Part shown: positions 1 to 13,439 of the stretch, one piece after another
Numbering within the stretch: the first letter of the stretch is position 1
Layout of the letters: each line of letters begins with the position of its first letter
Origin: Octopus sinensis
Taxonomy: Eukaryota
Direction: 5' to 3'
Assembly: GCF_006345805.1 (NCBI RefSeq)
Contig: NC_043006.1
Span: 75,206,001 to 75,270,000, forward strand
Length of the DNA: 64,000 nt
Notes under the pieces: generated by a model
Seen by the model: the letters and a program-made list of their open reading frames with translations, nothing else
Database searches by the model: none
Told to the model about the DNA's origin: nothing
Translations under genes and position numbers: made by a program

Positions 1-68
1 AGCTTGGACCCCCAGAAGTCTTATATGGATCCTCAGGGACCCATATGAACCCAGGTTGAGAACCACTG
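1..68. mobile_element. 3' end of hAT/Charlie-like MITE
   Basis: Ends ggttgagaaccactg, the reverse complement of the cagtggttc(c/t)caacc terminus seen at 53614. Confidence 0.55.
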
Positions 69-245
69 TTCTAGATAATATGTATACCTGAAAGCAAGGT
101 GGGACAATCATGGCTGGCTTGGAAAAAAGTCTTTCATCCTATGTCTGTTTATTGAAGGGTGATCTGGAGAAGGAATGGGATTGGGGTGGTGGGTAGGATG
201 GATGGGTTGGTGGGGTTGAAATCATTATGAATGTGGTTTAGTTTA

Positions 246-335
246 TCTATATATATAAAACTGAGAATGTCTGTCTGTCTGTGTGAATCCCTAAAACTTG
301 AGAACTACACAACCAATTTCACTCAAATTTTATTG
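246..335 (+). mobile_element. Helitron-like non-autonomous element, 5' end only
   Basis: tctatatatataaaactg start is identical to the complete Helitron-like copy at 51233; followed by (ctgt)n. Confidence 0.45.
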
Positions 336-688
336 TTTAATAATTTAGCAAGTTGATTAATTTAACAAAACTGACTGTGAATTCTGGTCATAAAATTAGA
401 CATTTTGTCTGCATGAGTTTGATTGTGTTTTGTGTGTGTGTTTGCGTGTGTGTGTGTGTGTGTGTGTGTGTGCATGTGGAGTTTTTATGTGGGTTTATGT
501 ACAAAAAAAAAAAACAGTGGAGATAGAGCAGCTGTTCTTATATTTCTGTCAACATGAGCAGTTGTAAAACGAAGGTTATGGAATGTTGAGAAAGTTCACA
601 AAATAGTTCAAAAAATTGCTGTGAAAAAGAAGAGGAAGAGGGGGATTATTTTAATAATTTTCTTCTTGCTTGTAGTGATAATAATTAA

Positions 689-788
689 NNNNNNNNNNNN
701 NNNNNNNNNNNNNNNNNNNNNNNNNNNNNNNNNNNNNNNNNNNNNNNNNNNNNNNNNNNNNNNNNNNNNNNNNNNNNNNNNNNNNNNN
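689..788. other. assembly gap
   Basis: Run of 100 N. Confidence 1.
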
Positions 789-2139
789 AGAGAAAAGGGA
801 GAGAGAGAAAGGGGAGAGAGAGAAAGGGGAGAGAGATAGAGATAGAATGAGTAAGAGAGAGTGAGAGGGAAAGAGAAAGAGAGAGCGAGATGAAAAGAAA
901 CATCAAAATGTCTGATGTCAAGCAAGTCAGCATCAAATCAAAAGACTCGAAGTAGGTGGTACCAAAAACATTGGTTCCAAAATGTCTCATACTAATCAAA
1001 CTGATTACTAAACGCATCCTCCAGATTAAGACCTCCAGGCTCTACTTAAAAAACCAAAATGTGGTTTCAGTATTTTGATACTTCATCAGATCAATTGATC
1101 TCAAGTTCAAATCTTGGTGGGGGAAAAGGTTTATACTATTACATCAAGTCACCTGTGGTTTGTTGCACAACACAAAATTCACTGACTCACTATGCATTTA
1201 TTAGCAATAAATACCATTGTTCATCTGATGAATTTGTAAATGGATGTCTTTGTTAAACCTAAATATAAGTCTTTATGGCCCTACCTTTTTAAATTTTACA
1301 TTACTTTTTAAAAGTTGTAGGTTGATGTCCTAATATCCCAGTTTTAAAAGCTAATGACTCACTCACGGCATAAAGACTGCAAATTGACAAAGGGTTTTCA
1401 TTTTTCTGAGAAAATTGAACTGTTTGATGAAAAGAAATGTGTGTATAATTTGAATAAAACTTGAACTAGACTAGACTGAACAATTATGTAACGAACTTGA
1501 CACAATTAATTTGACACACCTTTTCCAGTTCTCTCTCACACACACAAACAAACTAAAATATGTATGGCTATATATCATGATGTTCATGATCATGTTCGTT
1601 GTCATCATCTTTTTATTGTTGCTTTTTATGCTGATAGGTGTTGGCTAGGTTTTTCATGGCCCAAACCAGTTCTTTTTCATAATTACCACTCCTTAGACAG
1701 GTTAGTAGGTCACCTCCTGCTTTGTGCAATTTAATTTTTGATTTTGATTGGATGTCTTTCATAACACCTGCCTCATTTCCCAGTGTATTGAGTACAATTT
1801 ATTGTGTCACCACCTGTAGAGCAATTGCCACATCCTTGTCAAGACTAGAGGGTCCTCTTAATATCTTACACTAAAACAGCATGTGGCACTTGGTGGAATA
1901 TAATCATGGCACCAGCACTACCCTGGACAGATACAATTATTTTGTCGACTCTTGAAGGATGAAGGGCAAAGTTGACCTCAGCTGGATTTGAACTCAGAGT
2001 AAAGAACTGGAACAAATTAGTGCAAGGCATTTTGTTTGATGCTTTAGTAACTCAGCCGAATCTTTGTCTCACATATACACACTACATACATACACAAATG
2101 CATTCATACATACTCATACACAAACACATACATACATAC

Positions 2140-2505
2140 ATCGTGGCACTCTGTTTTTTACGATGACGAGGGTTCCAGTTGATCTGATCAATGGAACAGC
2201 CTGCTCGTGAAATTAACGTGCAATTGGCTGAGCACTCCACAGACACGTGTACACTTAATGTAGTTCTGGGGGAGATTCAGTGTGACACAGAGTGTGACAA
2301 GGCTGACCCTTCAAAATACAGGTACAACAGAAACAGGAAGTAAGAGTGAAAGAGTACAGCAGGGTTTGCCACCACCCCCTGCTGGAGCTTTGTGGAGCAT
2401 TAAGTGTTTTCGCTCAATAAACACAACCTCTGGTCTGGGAATCAAAACCGCATTCCTATGACTGCAAGTCTGCTGCCCTAACCACTGGGCCTTTGTCCCT
2501 CCACC
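2140..2505 (-). mobile_element. tRNA-headed SINE family D, tail type 1 (CpG-decayed)
   Basis: Same sequence as 63661-64000; minus-strand head with A/B-box-like cagtggttagggc...ttgattccc. Confidence 0.8.
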
Positions 2506-2679
2506 ATACATACATACATACATACATACATACATACATGCATACATGAATATGAGTGAGTGTGAGTGTGAGTATGTATATGTGTGCGTGTGCATATATA
2601 TATGTGTGTGTGTGTATGTGTGTGTACATACCTACACACAAGTATATGTACATATGTACATATGTGCCTACATAAATAA

Positions 2680-3210
2680 AACACCTGTGCCAGGTCATGT
2701 TAAGAGTACCTGTCCTGGTCACATAAAAAGTATGTGTGGCCATGTCACATTAAAAGCATCCAGTACACTCTGTAAAGTGGTTGGCGTTAGAAAGAGCATC
2801 AAGCTGTAGAAGCCAGGCCAAATCAGACTGGAACTTGGTGCTGCTCTTCAGGCGGTGAGCTGGCAGAAACGTTAGCATGCCGAAGGCGGTGAGCTACCGG
2901 AAACGTTAGCACACCGGGCGAAGTGCTAAGTAGTATTTTGTCTGCCATTATGTTCTGAGTTCAAATTCCGCCAAGGTCGACTTTGCCTTTCATCCTTTCG
3001 GGGTCGGTTAAATAAGTACCAGTTATGCACTGGGGTCGATATAATCGACTTAATCCGTTTGTCTGTCCTTGTTTGTCCCCTCTATGTTTAGCCCCTTGTG
3101 CGCAATTAAGAAATAAGCTTGCCAGCTCTGGTCAAGCAGTCCAACTTGTTACCAGCATAGAATACAGACATTAAATGATGACGACAATGGCGATGATGAT
3201 GATGATGATG
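2680..3210 (+). mobile_element. SINE family C ((GAT)n tail) interrupted by a SINE family A copy at ~2841-3116
   Basis: gtggttggcgttagaaagagcatc...(gat)n split by ggcggtgagctggcagaaacgttagc...aagaaata. Confidence 0.75.
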
Positions 3211-3431
3211 ATATATATTTGTATGTACTGTGTGCCTGTGTATGTGTATGATATATACATGTATGTATATATGTATATGTCTCAAGAACTTCCTAATGTC
3301 TTTTCCTTCTAAAATTAGTTTCTATAATTAGTGTGTCTTTTTAATTCTTTGACAGGTTCTGTGTTCTGGCTTAAAAGTACAGGCAGTCTCCTTGAGTATG
3401 TGTGTGTGTGTATGTGTGTGTGTGTATGTGA

Positions 3432-3466
<35 letters not shown>

Positions 3467-4096
3467 AGTATGTGTGTGTGTACATATACACACTTCAAAC
3501 ATATGTACTGAGTATTTTTATATTTTTGTACCTCAAAATATGCAAAAAAGATCCTTTTATATACAAACATACACACACCCATTCTCTCTTTTGACATTTA
3601 ACTATTTAACATCTTACATGCTTACACGTTTTCTGTTGTTCTTCCAAATTTTTTTCTCTTTCTGGTACCACTTTCCATTCTATGAGACATTCACCTGATA
3701 AACGATACCATAGTGGTTTTCTTTTACAAAACCCATTTACAAAACCCATTTAAGCTGAAAGCAATTATATATCTTTTTAAACAGTCGGTCACTCAAAACT
3801 TTGTCACATTCTCTGTTTTGCCTCAATGAGATAAAACCTTCCACATCTACTCTATCACTGCCCTGACAAGAAAAACAAAAGAAAAAAACAAAAAAAAACT
3901 AGTTGGGAGCAGTGGGGGTCATAGTTTAAAAATACATTCTTTACTTTATTCTATACACACCTGTTATTCTCTGTTCCCTGGTTAATTGGTTAAACTGCTA
4001 ATTGAGAGTGAAAGGATATTTCAGGATTTCAGGTTTTCATTAACCCTGTTAAGTTCTTGATTTAACTTTAGTTCATGATCAGTTAGGTAATATTTA

Positions 4097-4389
4097 TTAA
4101 CCATATACATATATACGTACATATGAATGTATGTACACACATGCATACATATATACATACATACATACATACATACATACATGCATACATACATACATAC
4201 ATATATACATATATATGGATGTATTGCATGTGGGTATATTATATATGTGTATATATAATATATATACACAGGCACACGTGTATGTATGTATGTATGTATG
4301 AATGAATGTATGTATGTATGTATGTATGTATGTATGTATGTATGTATGTATGTATGTATGTGTGTATGTATCTATCCCTCCATCTGTCC

Positions 4390-4428
<39 letters not shown>

Positions 4429-4458
4429 GTATATATATATACACACACACATGCATGC

Positions 4459-4491
<33 letters not shown>

Positions 4492-4760
4492 TATATATAT
4501 ATATATAGATATATATATATATATATTATGTATATATATATATATTATATATATATGTATATATATATATATACATACATGCATGTTTGTATCTGTATTT
4601 ATATATATATATATGTGTCTGTATATGTCTACATTTACAGAGTGTACACATACACACACACACATATATCTATCTGTCTATATATATTATACAGTACACA
4701 CACAGAAACACATGCACACACACACATGCGCAAACATACACACATATTTATAGCCACAAG
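4097..4760. repeat. compound microsatellite (CATA/TATG/TA/CA)
   Basis: Direct inspection. Confidence 0.95.
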
Positions 4761-5378
4761 TATGCAACATCTCAACTATATACTCAGAGATTATATTTGG
4801 TTTCAAATATATTATTGAAGTGGTGAAAGAACCTTTCATTCTGCTATGACTTCAACAAGCCATTAAGAAAAAAAAAGGCAAAACAAAAAAGTGTTGCCAA
4901 ATGAGTAAGGTGGGATGACATGTGTCCATTGTTCCACATTGACATGACCATTTACCAAACTGTCATTTCATTTTTATTTTAATTTTGTTATTTTGCAAAA
5001 CATTATTATTGGCAAAACTATATTGATAAAGCTGAGTAGAAATTGCTAGTTACAATTTGTAAAGTTTTAGTTTGGAAATAACCCTTTACCAAAGTTTGCA
5101 CAATTCTGAGCTTTTATTTAACCCTTTGGAAGATTATTTTATCTTCATATCAGCTGTAGCTGTGTGGTTGTGAAGTTTGCTTCTCAACTACATGGTCTCA
5201 GATCCAATCCTGTTGCAAGGCACTGTTGGATGCCTCCATGATCAGGAGTTCAGCTGGGGCTAAACAACAGCAATAGCAACAATAATGTGGGATCCAGATC
5301 TATATATGTCCAAATAATTCACTTGCTTGATGTTCATTTCATACGCCTGTCTTCATCTTTTGTTTTTCTATAAATTTC

Positions 5379-5415
<37 letters not shown>

Positions 5416-5629
5416 TATCCGACCATTATACTAATACATCTGTTTGTTGCCTACACCACCTGTCTCCGTCTTGTTTTTTTTTGTGAATCCTCCCTATATA
5501 TCATCATCATCATCATCGTTTAACCACCGTTTTCCATGCTAGCATGGGTTGGATGGTTCAACCGGGGTCTGGGAAGCCAGGAGGCTGCACCAGGCTCCAG
5601 TCTGATCATATATATATATATATCTATAT

Positions 5630-5710
<81 letters not shown>

Positions 5711-5711
5711 G

Positions 5712-5866
5712 GCAATAGCTGTGTGGTAAATAGCTTGCTTACCAGCCACATGGTTCCGGGTTCAGTCCCACTGTGTGGCATCTTGGGCAAGCGTCTTCTA
5801 CTATAGCCTTGGGCCGACTAAAGCCTTGTGAGTGGATTTGGTAGATGGAAATTCCAAGAAGCCCTT

Positions 5867-5927
<61 letters not shown>

Positions 5928-6150
5928 AATGTGTGTGTGTTTGTGTGTCTGTGTTTGTCCCCCTAGCATTGCTTGACAACCGATGCTGGTGTGTTTACAT
6001 CCCCGTAACTTAACGGTTCGGCAAAAGAGACCGATAGAATAAGTACTAGGCTTACAAAGAATAAGTCCTGGGGTTGATTTGCTCGACTAAAAGGTGGTGC
6101 TCCAGCATGGCCACAGTCAAATGACTGAAACAAATAAAAGAGTAAAAGAG
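5712..6150 (+). mobile_element. tRNA-derived SINE family B with internal (TA/TG)n
   Basis: gctgtgtggtaaatagcttgctt...ccgggttcagtcccactg head; tail gactgaaacaaataaaagagtaaaagag. Confidence 0.85.
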
Positions 6151-6199
6151 TAAGTATACCATAGAATATGGTAATTGCTGATGCTCACATGCACATACA

Positions 6200-6421
6200 T
6201 AGGAGGGGATGCTGAAAAGTTCCTGGCCTTAAGGGTATCACAAAAGGCTTGGTTGGAGGGCCCAACCTTCTGAGTTCTTTTACAGGGCTTAGAAAAATTG
6301 AAGGATTGCTGCAATAAGTGTGTGAATATGAGAATGGAATATGTTGAACAAAATCATAATTAATTGATCCTCTTGTATTTTCTTTTACCCAAAGCCAAGA
6401 ATTTTTCAGCACTCTGTCATA
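6200..6421 (+). mobile_element. mariner-derived MITE
   Basis: Degenerate TIRs (gatgctgaaaagttcctggcctt / aaagccaagaatttttcagcac), TA flanks, internal remnant QGLEKLKDCCNKCVNMRMEYVE resembling a mariner C-terminus. Confidence 0.7.
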
Positions 6422-6467
6422 TACATACACAGTAGCACAAAGACACATATGCATTTCTTTTTCCTTT

Positions 6468-6880
6468 TTTCTTTTACTTGTTTCAGTCATTTGACTGTGG
6501 CCATGCTGGAGCACCACCTTTAGTCAAGCAACTCAACCCCGGGACTTATTCTTTGTAAGCCCAGTACTTATTGTATCGGTTTCTTTTGCCGAACCGCTAA
6601 GTGACGGGGACATAAACACACCAGCATCGGTTGTCAAGCAATGCTAGGGGGACAAACACAGACACACAGACACACCAACACACACGCACACACACACATA
6701 TACATATACATATATACGGCAGGCTTCTTTCAGTTTCCGTCTACCAAATCCACTCGCAAGGCTTTGGTCGGCCAGAGGCTATAAAAGAAGACACTTGCCC
6801 AAGGTGCCACGCAGTGGGACTGAACCTGGAACCATGTGGTTGGTAAGCAAGCTACTTACCACACAGCCACTCCTGCACCT
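6468..6880 (-). mobile_element. SINE family B
   Basis: Reverse complement of the 5712-6150 element. Confidence 0.85.
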
Positions 6881-7139
6881 ATGCACACAATAAAATTTCT
6901 TTTGCTTATGTTATTTTGGAAATATTGTGGCACAGAGGCCTGTGGTTTGAAAAGGAATGTGGCAGGATATTCTTTGAGTAATTGCAGGATTGGTTTCAAA
7001 AAAGGAACAGGAAGTACTGTTTGGCATTTTTGTGAAGGGTGGTTGTGGTTGGTAGTGGAGGATATAGGGGTGTTGATGCACTGGAGTGAACACAGGCTTC
7101 AGGGGAGGGATGTGTCAGATGATAAACTCTTGGGAGACT

Positions 7140-7680
7140 CATGTGAATATGGTTGAGGGTAGCAGGGCATTTGGTGTGACTGGTGGTAGGGAGAGAGATG
7201 GGTGGAGATGAAGGGAAAGAGAGTGATAAAGAAATGTAAGGGGAAGAGAGACTGATAGATAGAAATGCAGTAGGGATGAGAAAGAGAGAGAGAGAGAGAG
7301 AAAGAGAGAAGGGAGACAGGTGGAGATGCAGGGGTAGAGAGAGAAATAGATAAGTAAGGAATGAAAGAGAGAGAAGCTGGGAAGGAGATAGATAGATAGA
7401 TAGATAGATAGTAGATAGATAGATAGAGAGAGAGAGAGAGAAGCTGGCAAAAAGAGAGAAAGAGACAGGTAGAGAAGCAAGGAGAGAGGTAGAGAAGGCA
7501 GGGAGGGAGAAGGTAAAGAAAGGGAAGGAAGAAGACAGAGAAAGAAAGAGAGAGATGAGGGAAAGAGAGGGAGATGGAGGACAAGAGAGAGTGGTGGAGG
7601 GAGAAAGAGTAATGGTAGAGAGAGTATGATGGAGGGAGAGGGAAAGACAGAGGGAAAAAAGTGGGGAGATTGTGAGAGTG
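7140..7680. repeat. purine-rich low-complexity tract (GA/GATA)n
   Basis: Direct inspection. Confidence 0.85.
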
Positions 7681-7695
7681 TATGGCAGATTTTTG

Positions 7696-7918
7696 AAGTG
7701 AGCTGGCAGAAACGTTAGCACGCCGGGCGAAATGTGTAGCTGTATTTCGTCTGCCGTTACGTTCTGGGTTCAAATTCCGCCAAGGTTGACCTTGCCTTTC
7801 ATCCTTTCAGGGTCGTTAAATTATGTACTATTTACACACTGGGGGTCGACTTAATCTGTTTGTCTGTCCTTGTTTGTCCTCTCTGTGTTTAGCCCCTTGT
7901 GGGTAGTAAAGAAATAGG
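7696..7918 (+). mobile_element. tRNA-derived SINE family A, long tail
   Basis: gagctggcagaaacgttagcacg...ggttcaaattcc (B box)...tagtaaagaaata. Confidence 0.85.
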
Positions 7919-8581
7919 ATTGTTGAAGTTAGAGCATGTGATTGGAGTGTTTGTTCATTTAAGAAATGGTTAAATAACAAGACCGGAACAACAGCCAGCA
8001 TCTCTATAAAATGGTTAAAATGCAGATATGAAGAATAAGCAGCCTTGTTTCATATCCATGGAGTAGGTAAAAGTCCCTTAAGTTGACATGCTGAAGTTGG
8101 GAGAGGAGTTTTGGCCCATGTCCTTCCTTGGGGCTTAAGCAACGTTTTACTTCATCCTTAGTCCAAGAGAGACACTGTATATTTTAATTTTTATTTTATT
8201 TTATTTTATGTAATTTTGTTAGTCGGGTCTGAAGGGTGGGGCTCTATCTTTGGCCTTTGCCTGCTCTCTTGAGACCAGTGAGATTGATATTGTTAAAGGT
8301 TTTGCTAAAAGTTTTGCAAGTTGATGGCTAGGTAGCTGCAGGAAAGATATGTGAGAGGATAGAATATATATGTAAATATATATGTGTGTGTGTGTGTGTC
8401 TGTGTATCTGTGTGCGCGTGCATGTATGTATATGTACAGTGAGAGAGAGAGAGAGAGAGAGTGAGGTAGTAATGCAGATTAACACAGGTTTGATACATAT
8501 AGCATATTCAGTATTTAGGTTGAAATTTATTTGAGCATTATTATGTATTTTCTATACTGGACATATGTACCTCTCACCTAT

Positions 8582-8614
<33 letters not shown>

Positions 8615-8714
8615 GCACACAAACACACACACACACACATAGAAAATAGATGTTAATTGATTATGATCATGATGTATGTGTATATATGTGTGTGTATGTA
8701 TGTATGTATGTATG

Positions 8715-8746
<32 letters not shown>

Positions 8747-9099
8747 CTCCTCTCCTCCTCCTGCTACCATTGTTTTGATATCCACTTTTCCATGCTTGAA
8801 TGGGTTGGAATTTTATTGAGACAGATTTTCTATGGTCGGATGCCTTTCCTGTTGCCAACTCTCACCTGTTTCCAAGCAAAGTGATATTATTACCCCATGC
8901 ATGGCCCAGATGTATTTCTTCACAGAATATTGGAAACAAACAATGCTGCATGTCTGACAGTGACGCTCATTTACCACTCTCACACGATGTCAGGAAAAGG
9001 AAACACCAATATATATATATATACTCACACACATACACATGCGCGTGCACAACACACACAACAGGCTTCTCTCTGTTTTCGTTATATATTTAATTTCAT

Positions 9100-9530
9100 C
9101 ATCGTCATCATCATCATCATCATCGTTTAATGTCCATTTTCCATGCTGGCATGGGTTGGACAGTTCAGCTGGGGTCTGGGAAGCCAGGAGGCTGTACCAG
9201 GCTCCAGTCTGATGTAGCAGTGTTTCTACAGCTGGATGCCCTTTCTAACGGCAACCACTCCGACAGTGTAGTAGTTGCTTTTTTTATGTGCCACCAGCAC
9301 AGGTACCAGAGAGGGCTGGCATCGACCATAATCGGGTGATGCTTTTTAGATGCCACCGGCACAGGAGCCAGTCAAGGCAGGACTGGCATCGGCCACATTC
9401 GGATGGTGCTTTTTATGTGCCACAGGCACAGGAGCCAGTCGGGGCGAGGGGGCTGGCATCGACCACATTTGGATGGTGCATTTTACATGTGCCACCGGCA
9501 CGGGAACCACAACTACAATTTCCATTTGAT
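9100..9530 (-). mobile_element. SINE family C with internal tandem modules
   Basis: (cat)n-gtttaatgtccattttccatgc...ctggatgccctt...; repeated gtgccaccggcac modules. Confidence 0.8.
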
Positions 9531-9598
9531 TGTGATTTGATCTCTGATTTGATTTTGATTTTGATGTTGATGTTGATGTACTTGACTCAATAAGATCC

Positions 9599-9712
9599 TA
9601 GTTAAAATAGCTACCTCACTATCATACTTAATATATACATACTGTTGATTGACCAGTTCTATTGACAGTGTGTATACATTAAGTATGGTATACAAAATAG
9701 CTATTTTAACTA
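9599..9712. ncRNA. imperfect ~114-nt hairpin (pre-miRNA-like or decayed foldback)
   Basis: Perfect 15-bp basal stem plus ~30-bp upper stem with a 5-nt loop. Confidence 0.35.
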
Positions 9713-10038
9713 AACACGGCCTCAATTGCATCAACCAGATTTATTCTGGTGTTGCCCATCAGTAATTTCATCTTAATATTAATATTTTTGTTAAATTTCT
9801 ATTAATGAATGAGAAAAAATTTTTTGTAATTAATTGGATTTTTTAATGTCATTCAATTTGAAGAATGTGGACTACATAATCAAAATATGGTTTTTATGTG
9901 TATTTTTGACTGTCTGGTTTCGGTTTTGTAATTTTCTTATTTATTTTCTTTCTTTTTCTTTTCTACAATAATTTGTGATCAAGTGTGTTTGTTTAACTAA
10001 TATCTGTTATGCTTGTATCTTTGGCAATGCTTATACAG

Positions 10039-10050
10039 ATGTTTAAAAAG
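10039..10050 (+). CDS. candidate 12-nt microexon (ATGTTTAAAAAG; MFKK or xCLKx)
   Basis: Branch-like taactaat at 9994, AG-free tract, tgc at -11, tacag acceptor, AAG|gtaaga donor; length is a multiple of 3. Confidence 0.5.
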
Positions 10051-10607
10051 GTAAGATCTAGCGAATGAAGTCTTTAATCACCACCATGTATTTTATATAT
10101 ATTTATTTAACATTTTCACTTCTGCTTTTCCAGGCTTGCATGGGTTAGATGAGTGCTTTTCAGTACAGCATCTTGCCATTTTTATGCATTCCTTTGACAT
10201 CTCCTTTGTGAGATTCTACATCCTTATTACTTTTGCACATGTCTTCCTTGGTCTTCCTATTCCACTGTTTCCTTTCACATCTATCTTCCTGGCACTTCTT
10301 TATCCATCTGTTATCATCCATATGCAATTGATGTTTGTACCAATGAGTCATCCTTCCTGCACACTATAATTGATTCTTCTAAACCTAGTTTGCCTCTCAG
10401 CTCATCTATACTACATGTCATTTATACATAGCGTTGCATTACACATCTACTGGAGCATGCTTGCTTCATTTTACACCCACCTTCGCATGTCCACTCTGTT
10501 CAGTGTCCCATCTCACAGCCACACAGCATCACCCTTCATATACAAGCAACAAACAACCTATCATTTGCTTGAAAAAAAGAACCCCATTATTGCTAGCAGA
10601 GGTAATA

Positions 10608-10830
10608 TATTTCTTTACTACCTATAAGGGGCTAAACACAGAGGGGACAAACAAGGACAGGCAAACGGATTAAGTCGATTACATCAACCCCAGTGTGTAA
10701 CTGGTACTTAATTTATCGACCCCGAAAGGATGAAAGGCAAAGTCGACCTCGGCGGAATTTGAACCCAGAATGTAACGGCAGACAAAATACGGCTACGCAT
10801 TTCGCCCGGCGTACTAACATTTCTGCTAGC
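10608..10830 (-). mobile_element. SINE family A
   Basis: Reverse complement of the 7696 element. Confidence 0.85.
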
Positions 10831-11117
10831 GATCCCTGAACATTTTCCACCTTATTCTTATTCTAGCTACTAGGCATTCAAGATACAATTCTCTGCAGCT
10901 GATTCGATTGCCAAGGTACCTGAAGCCGTCAGCTATGTTGACTGAGCCTTCCAAGCAATAAAAAGAATTCCTTTCACTAAGGCTCTGACTTCTGCTTATA
11001 TACGTCTGCCATATACAAAGGTTTTCTTCCACCATTTGCTTTCCCATGAGCTCAATACAGCTCTTGTGCGCTCATAGTTCACACTTTACACTCTTTTTTC
11101 TTCTTCTTTTTCTTTCA

Positions 11118-11520
11118 TTCTGTTATTTGTTTCAGTCATTTGGCCGCGACCATGCTGGAGCACCGCCTTTAGTCAAGCAAATCGATCCCAGGACTTATTC
11201 TTTGTAAGCCTAGTACTTATTCTATCAGTCCCTTTTACTGAACTGCTAAGTTATGGGGGGCGTAAACACATTAGCATTGGCTGTCAAGTGATGTTGGGGC
11301 GACAAACATACACACACACACACACACACACGACGGGCTTCTTTGAGTTTCCGTCTGCTCACAAATCCAATCACAAGGCTTTGGTCGGTCCGAGGCTATA
11401 GAAGACACTTGCCCAAGGTGCCACACAGTGGGACTGAACCCGGAACCATGTAGTTGATAAGCAAGCTACTTGCCACACAGCCACACCTACACCTATAACA
11501 ACTTACCACAGCCACTCCTA
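11118..11520 (-). mobile_element. SINE family B
   Basis: Family B tail and head on the minus strand. Confidence 0.8.
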
Positions 11521-11619
11521 TGAGATATCTACTTAACCCTTTTCTACATTTCCTGATGACAGTAGAGTCCCCTCTTTACTTTACGGTGTTCGTCAAGTTT
11601 ATTTTGAGGCTCCCTTGAT

Positions 11620-12068
11620 GCCAGGCTTCGCTTCCATGCTTTGAATTTCATCACAAAGACTTTCACACACTCTGCTATTAGGACGTTATCAAAGAAGCTT
11701 AAGAGGCAGTTGGATGGAACTTACACTCGCCTACTTGTGAGAGCTCAAAATCTCTTGCGGAAGCGTCATCCAACCAAAATACAAATATATGGGAAACTAC
11801 CATCTGTATCATCTCTTATGAAAAGTAGAAGAGTCCAGTTTGCTGGACATTGTTGTAGAGCTGAAAACGAGGTAATTTCTGCTCTTCTCCTCTGGAAGCC
11901 ATCTGCTAGCGATACCAGAGGGTGCACACTCTCCTACCCTGATGTAATCTCCAGGGATACAGGCATCCAGCAACAGGACCTCCGTAATGCTATGATGGAC
12001 CATGAAGTCTGGCATAACATAGTAAAATCCATTGTCTCGACCACGGTCGAACAATGATGATGATGATT
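11620..12068 (+). mobile_element. RTE-clade LINE 3' fragment
   Basis: ORF KKLKRQLDGTYTRLL...RRVQFAGHCCRAENE...WKPS...WHNIVKSI ending in a (tga)n tail; typical RTE post-RT C-terminus. Confidence 0.85.
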
Positions 12069-12782
12069 AGGACTGGGTCACCAGTGTAGTCACGTTCCCA
12101 AGGACAACCGGTCTTAATCTCCTCCGATAGAACTTCCTCTCCTTCCTCTCCTCTCCTATACTAAATAGGAAAGGAAGGGATGGTGTGTATGCTTGTTTGT
12201 GTGTATGTTCACATGTGTAACCCAGATAAACGAGACTGATTCCTTTGCTTAATAGAATCAGGAGTTTACTGCTTGCTTTGTTTGTTTGTTTAGTGTGGAA
12301 ATATGCTTCACTTCAGCTTATTGATTCCACCGTGTGGCTTAAACAGTATGTACAAACTGGCATTCTTGTTAATGTGTGTGAGACGGCTTTGTGTCTAGTT
12401 AGGATCAATATATTTATATACTATTTTTCAATACTGGGACTGCTTGTGCAACACGCGGACTGTTGTTTTTTTATCATCTTTCATCTTAACTGTCTTTGAT
12501 TATTTCTGTCCCCCCCCCCAACCACAAATCCACCACCGCTACCGCCGCCAGCACCACCACCACCACAACTCTTTTTTTTTTTCACTGGAGATATGAATGA
12601 GCTGGCTTTTGTGAATGTTTTAGTACAATATACATGACCACAAGCTTGCGTGTGCACACACGCACGCACACACACACACACGCACACTCATTCATACAGG
12701 CTTATACATCAACGCATATTTACACGAATGCATACACATACACTCATGTAAGCTTATTCTCAAATGCCTATTGACATGGTTG

Positions 12783-12819
<37 letters not shown>

Positions 12820-13439
12820 GTAAAGTTTTATTGCTACATGAACACACACACACTCACAAATTCACACATACACATCCATACATACTTATACATAAATGCA
12901 TATCTACATGAATACACACACACATATGTGTATTCTTACACACATATATGCATATTTACATGAATACATACAAACACATTACAAAAACACACACATGTAT
13001 TCATACATATTTCATTTGTTTGTTTTACATCTGTCTTTCCATGCTAGCATGAGTTAGACAGAATACATATTCTTGGGGGCATTGTTTTACTGCAGGTAGG
13101 ATGCCTTTCCTGTCTCTAACCCTTACCTGTTTTCTTCCGAACCAGGAAGTTTTCATTCCATTTGTCTCCTAACACCAGAGCTCTTGGACAATTTGTTGAC
13201 AAGGAAGTGTCAAAAAATATCACCATGTCTCTTAGCTTTCACGTGCAAATTATAAAATGTAAACATTGACACAGCACCCGCCCTCATTGCTGTCTCTCTC
13301 TCTCACACACACACACACTGTCTAGATTTCACATGCAAACTATAAAATGTAAACATTGACACGGGCCCCTCCCCACTCCATCACGCATAAGCATGCACAC
13401 ACACTCACACACACAAACACATACACACAAACACACAAA

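Noticed and set aside
3356-3395. Acceptor tttttaattctttgacag followed by a short open frame (SVFWLKST)
   Set aside because: There is no convincing donor.
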